In this document: one piece after another, positions 10,249-19,082 of the stretch
Numbering within the stretch: position 1 is the first letter of the stretch
Layout of the letters: the number at the start of each line of letters is the position of its first letter
Source of the DNA: Alphaproteobacteria bacterium
GTDB lineage: Bacteria; Pseudomonadota; Alphaproteobacteria; Bin95
DNA: 64,000 nt
Reading direction: 5' to 3'
Assembly (NCBI GenBank): GCA_964291285.2
Contig: OZ219788.1
Coordinates: forward strand, 224,001 to 288,000
Made by a program: the position numbers and the translations under genes
Notes under the pieces: generated by a model
The model's database searches: none
The model's input: only the letters and a program-made list of their open reading frames with translations
What the model was told of the DNA's origin: nothing

Positions 10249-10416
10249 CATGCTGTCCCGGGCGGCGATGGCGGCGCTCGCCTGGCCGCGATCCGCCGCG
10301 CCGTCCCTGTGTCGTGGAGAGGAGTGAAGCGCCTGCCGGGCGAGTGTCCGGCAGGGCGGAGGAGAGGAACTCCCCGCGCCGATGCCGGATCGGACACCGG
10401 CAGAGGAGTTCCCGCC

Positions 10417-10623
10417 ATGTTCCATCCCGATACACCCCTCGACCTTCCGCTCGGCTGCGACCTGCTCGCCGAACTCGGCGTCGACCATCGCACCGTCCGC
10501 GAGATCGCCGAGGACGAGCGTGCCATCCGCTGTCCCGACCGGGGCGCGGCCTGTCCGGTGCACGGCTTCGCGAGCCTCTTCCCGGAACCGGCGTCGTCGT
10601 TCTCTCCGGGCGGTCAAGGGTAG
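10417..10623 (+). CDS. Small hypothetical protein (68 aa)
   Basis: GAGGAG RBS; conserved intact in second copy 34198-34404; CPxxxxxCPVH motif. Confidence 0.6.
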   Translation: MFHPDTPLDLPLGCDLLAELGVDHRTVREIAEDERAIRCPDRGAACPVHGFASLFPEPASSFSPGGQG

Positions 10624-10727
10624 AGGAGGGCCTGAAGAGATTGAACGGGCGGGGGTTCGGGGGAGTGACCCCGGCCCCGGTCGTTCGCAACCCATCGTCA
10701 TCAACACGAACCTGAAGGAGTATCGCA

Positions 10728-11174
10728 ATGAGCTTCGGATTGAACAAGGTGCAGATCATCGGCCGCCTCGGCGCGGACGTCACCATCAACCACCTGCAGA
10801 ACGGCGGCCGCGTGGCCAATCTGAGCGTTGCCACCGACGAGAGCTACATCGACCGGAACGGCAGCGGCGAGCGGATCGACAGGACCGAGTGGCACCGGGT
10901 CGTGACCTTCCAGGACGGGCTGATCGACATGCTGGTCAAGCACGCCACGAAGGGCCGGCTGGTCTACATCGACGGCAAGCTCCAGACCCGGCGCTGGAAG
11001 AAGCCGGGCGAGGACTCCGACCGCTTCTCGACCGAGATCCTGCTGGTCCCGGGCGGGCGCGTCCAGTTCCTCGACAAGGCGAACGGCAACGCCGCGCAGC
11101 CCGGCCCGGACGCGGCGGACGGTTCCGTGCCGGCCGGCGGCGACCCGATGGACGAGGACCATATCCCGTTCTAG
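10728..11174 (+). CDS. ssb: Single-stranded DNA-binding protein
   Basis: LNKVQIIGRLG, TEWHRVV, GKLQTRRW, acidic tail ending IPF. Confidence 0.95.
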   Translation: MSFGLNKVQIIGRLGADVTINHLQNGGRVANLSVATDESYIDRNGSGERIDRTEWHRVVTFQDGLIDMLVKHATKGRLVYIDGKLQTRRWKKPGEDSDRFSTEILLVPGGRVQFLDKANGNAAQPGPDAADGSVPAGGDPMDEDHIPF

Positions 11175-11202
11175 AGCTTCCCGTTCTTCCCCCCCCCCCC
11201 AC

Positions 11203-11232
11203 AGGGCCGGCGCCTCGTGCGTCGGCCCTTTT
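11203..11232 (+). terminator. Putative intrinsic terminator after ssb
   Basis: GGGCCGGCGC/GCGTCGGCCC stem followed by TTTT; equivalent hairpin at 34989-35018. Confidence 0.6.
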
Positions 11233-11360
11233 CTCATGCGGGCAGGTTCGAGTCTCGCCGCGGCGCATACGGGAGTGGGAGCGAGGCTGGAAAGCGGGTG
11301 AACCGCGCGAGGAGGAGAGGGAGCCCGCTCGCGCACCCGTCACGCGACCCGGAGAACCCG

Positions 11361-11588
11361 ATGAGCACCATCTCCTTCCGCCGCATCGCCCCCGACGAAT
11401 CCCGCATCTACCGGGACGGCGACCATGTCGGCGACATCCACGCCTTCGACGACAGCATCCGGCCGGGGCGCAGGGTGTTCGCCATACATCTCGACGAGGA
11501 CCCGCGCGGGCCGGTGTATCTCCACGACCGCACCCGCATCCGCGAGACCGCCCGGCAGCGGGTCGACTCCCATCCCCTGTGGAACTGA
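11361..11588 (+). CDS. Small hypothetical protein (75 aa)
   Basis: GGAG RBS; one amino acid different from copy at 35147-35374. Confidence 0.7.
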   Translation: MSTISFRRIAPDESRIYRDGDHVGDIHAFDDSIRPGRRVFAIHLDEDPRGPVYLHDRTRIRETARQRVDSHPLWN

Positions 11589-11961
11589 CGCAAGGGCGGG
11601 CAACGGCGCCTCCCGCTCCGGCGCCGTGCCGGGCCGAAACGACGATGGGGTCCGTGCAGGGCGAGAGAAATACGCCACCCCGCTGTGATCTCCAATCGTG
11701 TCACACGTGCTCGCGACAGCAACCCCTGCGGGGTCCTCCGGTCGCTCCGCTCCCTGCGGCCCGGGCAAGAAGCTCCAAGGGCGGACCGTGAAAGTCGACG
11801 ACCGTGAAGATCGCAGGGCGATCTTCCGCACCATCGCCGACTTTCCGCACCACTCCGCCCCAAGAGCTTCTACGCCCGGGTGCTTCTGCTGCGCGCGCGT
11901 GCCCCGACAGGACATCACAACGGGGATCGGCCCCGAACGTGAAAACCGAAAGGAAAACGAC

Positions 11962-12888
11962 ATGACCTTCCATACCGATACCACCGAAACCGCAGCACAG
12001 TCCGCAACCGCGATCGTCTGCGACAACGCCGTTCTCTTCGGCGCAACCCCCGAGCGCGACGAGTTCGACACCCGGGAGATCTGGGACCAGGACGAGGCCA
12101 TCACCGCCGTCGCCGAAGCCTTCCGCATCCTCAGCCAGGGCGTCGCGCCCGACGGATACCAGATGGCAGACGAACGCGAACACCTCCTCTGGGGCTTCGT
12201 CAACATGCTCCACGCACAGACACAGCGCCTCGACCGCGCCGCCGACAGGCTCACCCCCGAACTCCAGGACCTCCAGCGCACACAGGACGGCTCCGAGATC
12301 AGGTCGCTGGAACTGGAACTCGTGACCGACCGCGCACAGTGCCTCACCGCACGCCGCGACGCCTTCGAGACCCTGCGCAACGAGGCCGCCGAAGCCTACC
12401 GCGCAGACACCGGCGACACTTGGCGGCCCCGGCGCGGCAGCCACGCCAGCCAGACCGGACATCTGACCTCCGCTGCCATCGACGCCCGCGACTTCGTCCG
12501 CGCCCGAAAGGACCGCAAGACACAGGCTCACCTGCCCCAGGGAACCCTCGTCGCCATCGCAGGCGGAAAGGACATCGCAAACCCGGCGGCGGTCATCGAG
12601 CGCCTCGACAAGGTCCGCGCCAGGTATGCCGACCTCGTGCTCGTGCATGGCGGCGGCCCCGGCGTCGAGAAGATCGCCGCAAGCTGGGCAGAGCGCAACG
12701 GCGTCCACCAGGTCGTCTGCAAGCCCGACTGGGACCGCCACGGTCGCGCCGCACCCTTCCGCCGCAACGACGAACTGCTCAACCTCCTGCCCAAGGGCGT
12801 CATCGCCTTCCCCGGCTCCGGCATCACCGAGAACCTCGTCGACAAGGCGAAGCAGCTCGGCATCCCGGTGATGAAGGTAGCAGCCTGA
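11962..12888 (+). CDS. DUF2493 / YspA-like SLOG-domain protein
   Basis: C-terminal VAIAGG...LVHGG..G.E.IA..WA...PDWDRHGRAAPFRRN...IAFPG; AAGGA RBS. Confidence 0.85.
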   Translation: MTFHTDTTETAAQSATAIVCDNAVLFGATPERDEFDTREIWDQDEAITAVAEAFRILSQGVAPDGYQMADEREHLLWGFVNMLHAQTQRLDRAADRLTPELQDLQRTQDGSEIRSLELELVTDRAQCLTARRDAFETLRNEAAEAYRADTGDTWRPRRGSHASQTGHLTSAAIDARDFVRARKDRKTQAHLPQGTLVAIAGGKDIANPAAVIERLDKVRARYADLVLVHGGGPGVEKIAASWAERNGVHQVVCKPDWDRHGRAAPFRRNDELLNLLPKGVIAFPGSGITENLVDKAKQLGIPVMKVAA

Positions 12889-13320
12889 CCGCAACGCATC
12901 GCGGGCCGTGTCGTCGCTCCGGCGGCGGCACGGTCCGTTTCCTCTTTCGCACATCGATGACGCGGCAACGCCAACCTCGCGCGCTTCGCGCCGCACTCGT
13001 GCTCCGGCTTCGCCGATCGCGCTTGCGTTCCGCGTCCGCGTCACGCGCCGCTGCACCATGCTTCGCCCGGGTGCATCGCCGTCCGCGCCGATCCCGGCGC
13101 ACCGCCCGCCGCACTTCCGCCAGCGTGACTGTCGACGGCACTGCCGGCGCTGCCGCCCGTCCGCTCGGCACGGTGCTTCGCACCAGTGCCCGCGCTCGCG
13201 CCGGCGAGGCCGTCCGCTCACACGCCGCGGCGGCTCCCCTCCGCCGCTCTCGCCAGCGTCGATTTCCCCATCGTGAATGCTATCCCTTCCGGCTCTGTCT
13301 CGACGGCGGAGCCGCTATTT

Positions 13321-13349
13321 CGTCACACCCGACGCATCCTTGATGCAGG
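13321..13349 (-). other. Putative MOB_F-type oriT nick site (copy 1)
   Basis: Minus strand GCATC-AAG-GATGC hairpin then GTCGGGTGT^GACG; resembles F (TGCGTGGGGTGT^GGTG) and R388 (GCACC-GAAA-GGTGC-GTATTGTCT^); identical 29 bp at 37489. Confidence 0.75.
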
Positions 13350-13526
13350 GAGCGAGGCCCGGCCGGCCTGCATCGGTCGGCAGTTTTCCGTTGCGTGACA
13401 GACGGTTGGGCCTGATCCGCCCTGTGGCCGCGATCCCCCGCGCGGGTCGCGTTGTCCGTTCAGGAGCGCCGTTCCGTTCCCCCGGGACGGACGGCGCCCG
13501 AGGGAACAGACAACGGAGACACGCCC

Positions 13527-14663
13527 ATGCGCATCCATGCCCCCGTCAACGAGCGGACGGTCCGCCGCACCTTCAGGGAGAAGAAACCCGGACGATACGG
13601 CCTGACCGTCATCGACAGGGACCTGCCCGCCTTCGGCTTCACCGTCGCCGGGAACGGAACGAAGACCTTCTTCGTCCGGACCTCACGCCAGTTCGGCGCG
13701 CCCAGGGCGATCCTCGGCACGACCGACGACATGACCGCCGCCGAGGCGAGGGAGAAGGCCATTGCCGCCATCGCCGAAGCCAAAGCCGACCGCGAGACCG
13801 GGCCGCTGTTCGCCGACTTCGCGGCCGACTTCATGCGCCGCCAGGGGCGGCGCTGGAAACCCTCCACGAGGAAGGCCAACGCCCATCTGATCGAGCGCCG
13901 CCTCCTGCCCTTCTTCGGCGCGATGCCCGTCGCGAAGATCGACCGCGCCGATGTGCGGCGCTGGTTCGATTCCCTCAGCGGAACCCCCGGCAGCGCCAAC
14001 CGGACCCTGCCGGTGCTGTCGGTGATGATGCGGCAGGCGGAGCTGTGGGACCTTCGCCCGCAGGGCTCCAACCCCTGCCGCAACATGCGGCGCTACAGGA
14101 CGGCGCCGCGCGAGCGGTTCCTGTCCCTGGACGAGTTGAAGCGCCTCGGCTTCGTCCTCGACCATGCCGAGGACCGGCAGGCCGCCGCCGCCATCCGCCT
14201 GCTGCTGTTCACCGGCGCCCGGTCGTCCGAGATCGCCGGCCTGCAATGGGACTGGATACGGGACACCCGCGCGGTGTTGCCGGACTCCAAGACCGGACCG
14301 AAGGCGCTCCAGCTTCCCCCGCCCGCGCGGGCCGTCCTGAATGGCCTGCCGCGCGAGGGACGCTTCGTCTTCCCGAACGGGAAGGGCGACGGCCCGATGA
14401 CCGACCTCGGCCTGCGCTGGCAGAAGCTGCGCGGTCTCGCCGGGCTGGACGATGTGCGCATCCACGACTGCCGGCATACCTTCGCCTCCCATGCCGTGAT
14501 GAGCGGCCTCGACCTCTACACCGTCGGCCGCCTGCTCGGCCATGCCGATACCGCCTCCACCGAACGCTACGCCCATCTCGCCGACAAGCATGTCCGCGAG
14601 GCGGCCGGGCGCATCTCCGGCATCGTCCACGAGGCCATGACCGGGAAGGAGAGCGGGCGATGA
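13527..14663 (+). CDS. Tyrosine recombinase/integrase
   Basis: TGARSSE, DSKTG, IHDCRHTFAS, LLGH, TERYAHL. Confidence 0.92.
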   Translation: MRIHAPVNERTVRRTFREKKPGRYGLTVIDRDLPAFGFTVAGNGTKTFFVRTSRQFGAPRAILGTTDDMTAAEAREKAIAAIAEAKADRETGPLFADFAADFMRRQGRRWKPSTRKANAHLIERRLLPFFGAMPVAKIDRADVRRWFDSLSGTPGSANRTLPVLSVMMRQAELWDLRPQGSNPCRNMRRYRTAPRERFLSLDELKRLGFVLDHAEDRQAAAAIRLLLFTGARSSEIAGLQWDWIRDTRAVLPDSKTGPKALQLPPPARAVLNGLPREGRFVFPNGKGDGPMTDLGLRWQKLRGLAGLDDVRIHDCRHTFASHAVMSGLDLYTVGRLLGHADTASTERYAHLADKHVREAAGRISGIVHEAMTGKESGR

Positions 14664-16009
14664 GCGGCGGCAGGCATCGTGTCCGGCTCACCGTGAAGGC
14701 CGTCGCCGCCGCCAAGCCGGCGGAACGGGAATACACCCTGTGGGACAATCTGCTGGCGCATTTCGGGGTCAGGGTGCAGCCCTCCGGCGTCCGGTCCTGG
14801 ATCGTCCAGACCCGCGTCCGGGGACGCATGCGCAAGATCACCCTCGGGCGCTTCCCCGAACTGCCTCTCGACGCGGCGCGCCGGGAAGGCGCGGCCGTGC
14901 TCGCCCGCCTGTGGGGCGGCGAGGACGTGACGCCGCCGCGCAAGGAGAAGGCGCCGCTGTTCCGGGACTTCGCCGCCCGTTACCGCTCGCGGCGGAAACA
15001 CCGCTGGAAGCCGTCCTCGCTCAAGACCTTCGATAGCTACATGAAGAACCGCCTGATGCCGCATTTCGGCAGGCTCCGGCTCGACGCCATCGACCATGCC
15101 CGCGTCTCGGCATGGTTCGACGCCGCCAGCGCGGACAGGCCCGGCGCCGCCAACCGCGCCTTCGAGATTCTCCGCGCCATGCTCGGGACGGCCCGGCAGT
15201 GGGGCGACATCGGCGAGCATGTCCCCGACGCCTGCGCCAACATCGTGAAGAACCCCCGCAAGCCTGTCGCGCGCTACCTCAGCCGCGAAGAACTGGAGCG
15301 TCTCGGAGCGGTGCTCGACCGCCACCGGGAGCAGCACCCCTGGCCGGTGGCGGCCATCCGGCTGCTGACCCTGACCGGAGCGCGGCTCTCTGAAGTCATC
15401 AACCTCAGGTGGGACGAGATCGGAGAGCTGGGCGGAGACGGCGCGAGCGCGCGCATCGAAGACTCCAAGACCGGCCCGCGCACCATCTGGCTCGGACCCG
15501 AAGCGGCAAGGCTGGTCGAGGCGCTGCCGCGACCGGATGGCCGGGAGCGGGTGTTCCCCAAGACCCTCACACCGGCAAGGCTCTACACCTTCTGGTGCGG
15601 TATCCGCGACGAGGCGGGGCTTCCGGGCCTTCGCATCCACGACTGCCGCCATACCTGGGCCTCGCAGGGCGTCATGAACGGCGTCGGGCTCACCACCGTC
15701 GGACGGCTGCTCGGTCACCGCAAGCGGGAGACCACCGCGATCTACGCCCATCTCGACGATGGCGCGCTGCGCGACGCCGCCGCCCAGGCCGCGGGCGTCA
15801 TCGCGCGAGCGATGGGGTACAGGGCGGAAGCGCCTCCGCTGCCGGACAAGGCGGAACACGGCGACGTATTGGCCGCAGCGCCCGGGCTCCCGGGTCCCGG
15901 AAAGCCAACCGCGCCAGAGAAGGAGCGGATTCCTCTTCGTGGCAGATCCCGGGATCCGGAGCGATCGGATGCAAGCATCCGCCGAAGACCGCAGGGTATC
16001 GAGATCTGA
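14660..16009 (+). CDS. Tyrosine recombinase/integrase (tandem paralog)
   Basis: Arm domain LWD...FGVRV, TGARLSE, IHDCRHTWAS, LLGH, TAIYAHL; ATGA overlap with upstream integrase. Confidence 0.92.
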   Translation: MSGGRHRVRLTVKAVAAAKPAEREYTLWDNLLAHFGVRVQPSGVRSWIVQTRVRGRMRKITLGRFPELPLDAARREGAAVLARLWGGEDVTPPRKEKAPLFRDFAARYRSRRKHRWKPSSLKTFDSYMKNRLMPHFGRLRLDAIDHARVSAWFDAASADRPGAANRAFEILRAMLGTARQWGDIGEHVPDACANIVKNPRKPVARYLSREELERLGAVLDRHREQHPWPVAAIRLLTLTGARLSEVINLRWDEIGELGGDGASARIEDSKTGPRTIWLGPEAARLVEALPRPDGRERVFPKTLTPARLYTFWCGIRDEAGLPGLRIHDCRHTWASQGVMNGVGLTTVGRLLGHRKRETTAIYAHLDDGALRDAAAQAAGVIARAMGYRAEAPPLPDKAEHGDVLAAAPGLPGPGKPTAPEKERIPLRGRSRDPERSDASIRRRPQGIEI

Positions 16010-16119
16010 GCTTGTGGCGAGCGTGGAGCCGATCGGGGAGGGTCAGGCAGGGTCTTTGCCATGCGCCCCGATCAGGTTGCCGGTTGTCCCGCCAGTTACA
16101 GGGAAAGGGCCCGTCGAGC

Positions 16120-16538
16120 CGGCTCTGCGGGCTCGTCGTTCATGCCGGCAATGTTCAGGACCGCGACGGAGCCCCGGCCGTGCGGAAATCGATCCGCCAT
16201 GCCTGCCCCCCGCCTTCGCGGGGGCAGGCTCCTGGCTGCGCCATCTGTTCGCCGACGGCGGGTATGCCGGGCCGAAGCTGCGCGGCGCCTCGACAGGATC
16301 GGCAAGTGGACGCTCGAGATCGTCAAGCGGTCGGTCATCGCAAGCGGCTTCGAAAGCCTCTCTGGACGATGGGTCGCCGGACGCACCTTCGCGTGGCTCG
16401 GACGCTGCCGCAGGTTGGCGAAAGACCGGGAGAAATCCATCGCCTCAAGCGAAGCATGGATCGAAATTGCTCACATCAGGCTTACAACACGGCGCCTCGC
16501 AAGGCCCTGTAATCCTTGAAGGAGTTTCAAGTCAGGTT
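16120..16538 (+). pseudogene. IS5-family transposase remnant (3' half, frameshifted)
   Basis: VHAGNVQDRDGA, ADGGYAG, RWVAGRTFAWLGRCRRLAKD in shifting frames. Confidence 0.8.
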
Positions 16539-16623
16539 CCGAGGCGGACGCGCCTGTCGAATGGCAATCAGCATTCTGTTGGATTTTAGAACATTCTTAT
16601 GCCATATTGTATGCAAATAAGAC

Positions 16624-16980
16624 ATGGAGGCTCCAATGGCACCTGTTACGACACTCGAGCCCAAGACCGTACCGGCATTCCCTGCCGGGGAAATCGAGGC
16701 CTGTATCCGCGACGTCCTGGCGGACACAGGCGCGATGCAGGTGGCGCTGCACGGCGGCGCAACACCAGCAGGCGACCCGGGCAGCGCGGTCGGTCCGCAG
16801 CCGGTGATCGATTCGCTGGTCGTTGTGGAAGTGCTGCTTGAAATCGAGCCGAAAGTACCGTTCGCGCTTCCCGACAGTCTGGTACAGGCGGGCGGTTACG
16901 ACAATGTCGATGAGGTCGTGCAGCATCTTGTGCCACAACTGGAGCGGCGGTGGCGCAAGCATCATGAGGAGAAAAATTGA
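16624..16980 (+). CDS. Small acyl-carrier-protein-like protein
   Basis: IDSLVVVEVLLEIE resembles the ACP DSL helix II motif; stop overlaps next start; true start may be ATG 16636. Confidence 0.55.
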   Translation: MEAPMAPVTTLEPKTVPAFPAGEIEACIRDVLADTGAMQVALHGGATPAGDPGSAVGPQPVIDSLVVVEVLLEIEPKVPFALPDSLVQAGGYDNVDEVVQHLVPQLERRWRKHHEEKN

Positions 16981-17372
16981 TGGCGGACAAAAGTAGGCAA
17001 GGCGAAACCTGGAGGGACGAAACGATTGACCGGCAACAGCTTGGCGCGCGTTTGCGCGAGGCGCGAGAGTACTTGGGCCTATCACAGGATGAAGTAGCAA
17101 AGTACCTCGGGATTCCGCGAACGGCGTTGTCGCATATCGAAAGCGGTCAGCGCCGCCTCGACGCGCTGGAACTGAAAAAGGCTGCGCATCTGTATAAGCG
17201 CCCCATTGCCCATTTCACCGGAGAGGCAGAAGCTGATGCAAGCCTGCCTGACGACATCGCCCATCTGGCGCGTGCCGCTGCCGGCTTTTCGGAAAGGGAT
17301 CGCCAGGAATTGAGCCGGTTTGCCGACTATCTGCGGGCACGCGCGCAAAGCGAGGGGTCCTCGGATGGCTGA
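16980..17372 (+). CDS. XRE-family HTH transcriptional regulator
   Basis: LREAREYLGLSQDEVAKYLGIPRTALSHIESGQR. Confidence 0.9.
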   Translation: MADKSRQGETWRDETIDRQQLGARLREAREYLGLSQDEVAKYLGIPRTALSHIESGQRRLDALELKKAAHLYKRPIAHFTGEAEADASLPDDIAHLARAAAGFSERDRQELSRFADYLRARAQSEGSSDG

Positions 17373-18381
17373 CGTCCGCAATGCCATTTTGCGCGGCAAA
17401 CGCGCGGCCGGCCGGTTGCACCGAGCGTTAGGAATGCGGGAGCGTGTCGAAGCGGAAGGCGGCCGGATCGACGTGTTCGACACGATCATTAAATCGGGTG
17501 TGCCGCTTTTGTTTAAGCCGCTAGAAGGATTGCTCGGCGTTTTCATCAATGAGCCGATGCCCGGTGTCATGGTGACGACGAAGCGGGGACTCAGTATTCA
17601 GCGCTTCACCGGCGCTCATGAGCTGGGGCATTGCGTCCTTGATCATCGTCCGAGTCTTGATGATGAGTCGATTTTGCGACGGTCGCCGTTCAATACCACG
17701 CCGGATTACGAGCAGCAAGAACTCGAAGCGGACGCATTCGCCACGGAGTTCATGATGCCGCCTTGGCTGTTCGTGGCGCATTTCCTGCGACACGAGTGGA
17801 CGCCTGCGTTGATGGCGGATCCGCTGATGGTCTATCAACTCTCGCTGCGGATCGGTACGAGCTATGAGGCCACATGCCGGTCATTGATGCGGCCCGGCGT
17901 TGCCGTGATACAGAAGAACACGGTCGATAACCTGCTCCGTGTGCAGCCCAAGGCCATCAAGAAAGCGTTGCTCGGAGACTATGAACCGCCCGACTGGCGG
18001 CGGGATGTCTGGCTGCTGACGAAAAATGACGAAGGTGCCGTCATTGAGGGCAGCCGTTCGGACCTCTTTGTGCTCAAGTTGAAAGAACACAGCGGGTCCG
18101 GCTATGTCTGGACCTTCGACGAACTCAACGAAGCGGGCTTTGCCATTGTCCGCGACGAGCGTGAGGGACCGGACGGCGAAACAATCGGCGGGCACGTGAT
18201 GCGGTCGATTACGGCGCGCTCCGAAGGACCGCAACAGGGACGAATGGCACTTGCAGAGCGGCGCCCATGGCTTGCCGAAGGCGCACCACTGGCCTCATTC
18301 TGCGTCCACTATGACCTGAGCGGGCCGCAAGATGAAGGGATGTCGCAAGCCGAGCGGCGGCGTCTGCTGGGGGCCGCCTGA
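17365..18381 (+). CDS. ImmA/IrrE Zn-metallopeptidase with C-terminal chagasin (I42)-like domain
   Basis: RFTGAHELGH (HExxH), ELEADAFATEFMMP; C-terminal LKEHSGSGYVW...IGG...RRPW resembles chagasin loops. Confidence 0.85.
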   Translation: MADVRNAILRGKRAAGRLHRALGMRERVEAEGGRIDVFDTIIKSGVPLLFKPLEGLLGVFINEPMPGVMVTTKRGLSIQRFTGAHELGHCVLDHRPSLDDESILRRSPFNTTPDYEQQELEADAFATEFMMPPWLFVAHFLRHEWTPALMADPLMVYQLSLRIGTSYEATCRSLMRPGVAVIQKNTVDNLLRVQPKAIKKALLGDYEPPDWRRDVWLLTKNDEGAVIEGSRSDLFVLKLKEHSGSGYVWTFDELNEAGFAIVRDEREGPDGETIGGHVMRSITARSEGPQQGRMALAERRPWLAEGAPLASFCVHYDLSGPQDEGMSQAERRRLLGAA

Positions 18382-19082
18382 TGGAGGTTACGGTCGAGTG
18401 TGACCTGCGTCATTTGTTCGGCCCGGCGCGCGATCAAGGTATGCGGCCAACCTGCATGGCCTTCGCGGCAAGCGACGCCCACGCGGCAGCCCGGCCGGGT
18501 TGGGTTCCACTGTCGTGCGAATACGCCTATTTCCATGCACTGAAACGGGACGGGGGCATCCCAGATGACGGGACAACGCCCGATGCTATGCTGACGGCGA
18601 TCAAAGAGGACGGGCAGCCACCAGAGACGGCTTGGGCGTACCTGCCGCGCATGCCAGCCGACTTTACGCTATGGAAGCCGCCCGAAAGCGTCAGCCCTAT
18701 CTACCGGCGTGCCAACGCCTATGACCGCGCATCACTCGCGGCAATCCGCACAGGGCTAGATGCCGGAGTACCGATGATCACAACGATGTGTCTGTCCGAT
18801 GCATTCTTCCAGCCCGACCCGGACGGCATTATCGACGCATGCGAGCCACCCGACCCGCAGCGGCGGCACGCGATTATCGCGGTCGGCTATGGCACTCGGA
18901 GTGGCAACCGACTGATCCTTGTACGGAATAGCTGGGGCACGGACTGGGGCGCCGATGGTTATGCGTGGGTAAGCGAAAGCTATCTTGTACCCCGTTTGTA
19001 CGATTTTGCAGAAATGAAAGAGGATCTGACGAGTGTACCTGCCGATCCCAACGCAGCCAACGTGCGCAACAGCGTGGCTTGA
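18381..19082 (+). CDS. Papain-like (C1) cysteine peptidase
   Basis: RDQGMRPTCMAFA (Cys), HAIIAVGYG (His), RNSWGTDWGADGY (Asn). Confidence 0.9.
   Translation: MEVTVECDLRHLFGPARDQGMRPTCMAFAASDAHAAARPGWVPLSCEYAYFHALKRDGGIPDDGTTPDAMLTAIKEDGQPPETAWAYLPRMPADFTLWKPPESVSPIYRRANAYDRASLAAIRTGLDAGVPMITTMCLSDAFFQPDPDGIIDACEPPDPQRRHAIIAVGYGTRSGNRLILVRNSWGTDWGADGYAWVSESYLVPRLYDFAEMKEDLTSVPADPNAANVRNSVA

Noticed and set aside
11189-11200. Poly-C tract as a phase-variation switch
   Set aside because: Intergenic, downstream of the ssb stop, absent from copy 2; may be a sequencing homopolymer artefact
13277-16009. 910-aa ORF as one giant integrase
   Set aside because: Its N-terminal half is an off-frame shadow of the 13527-14663 integrase; the real start is 14660, with an RBS
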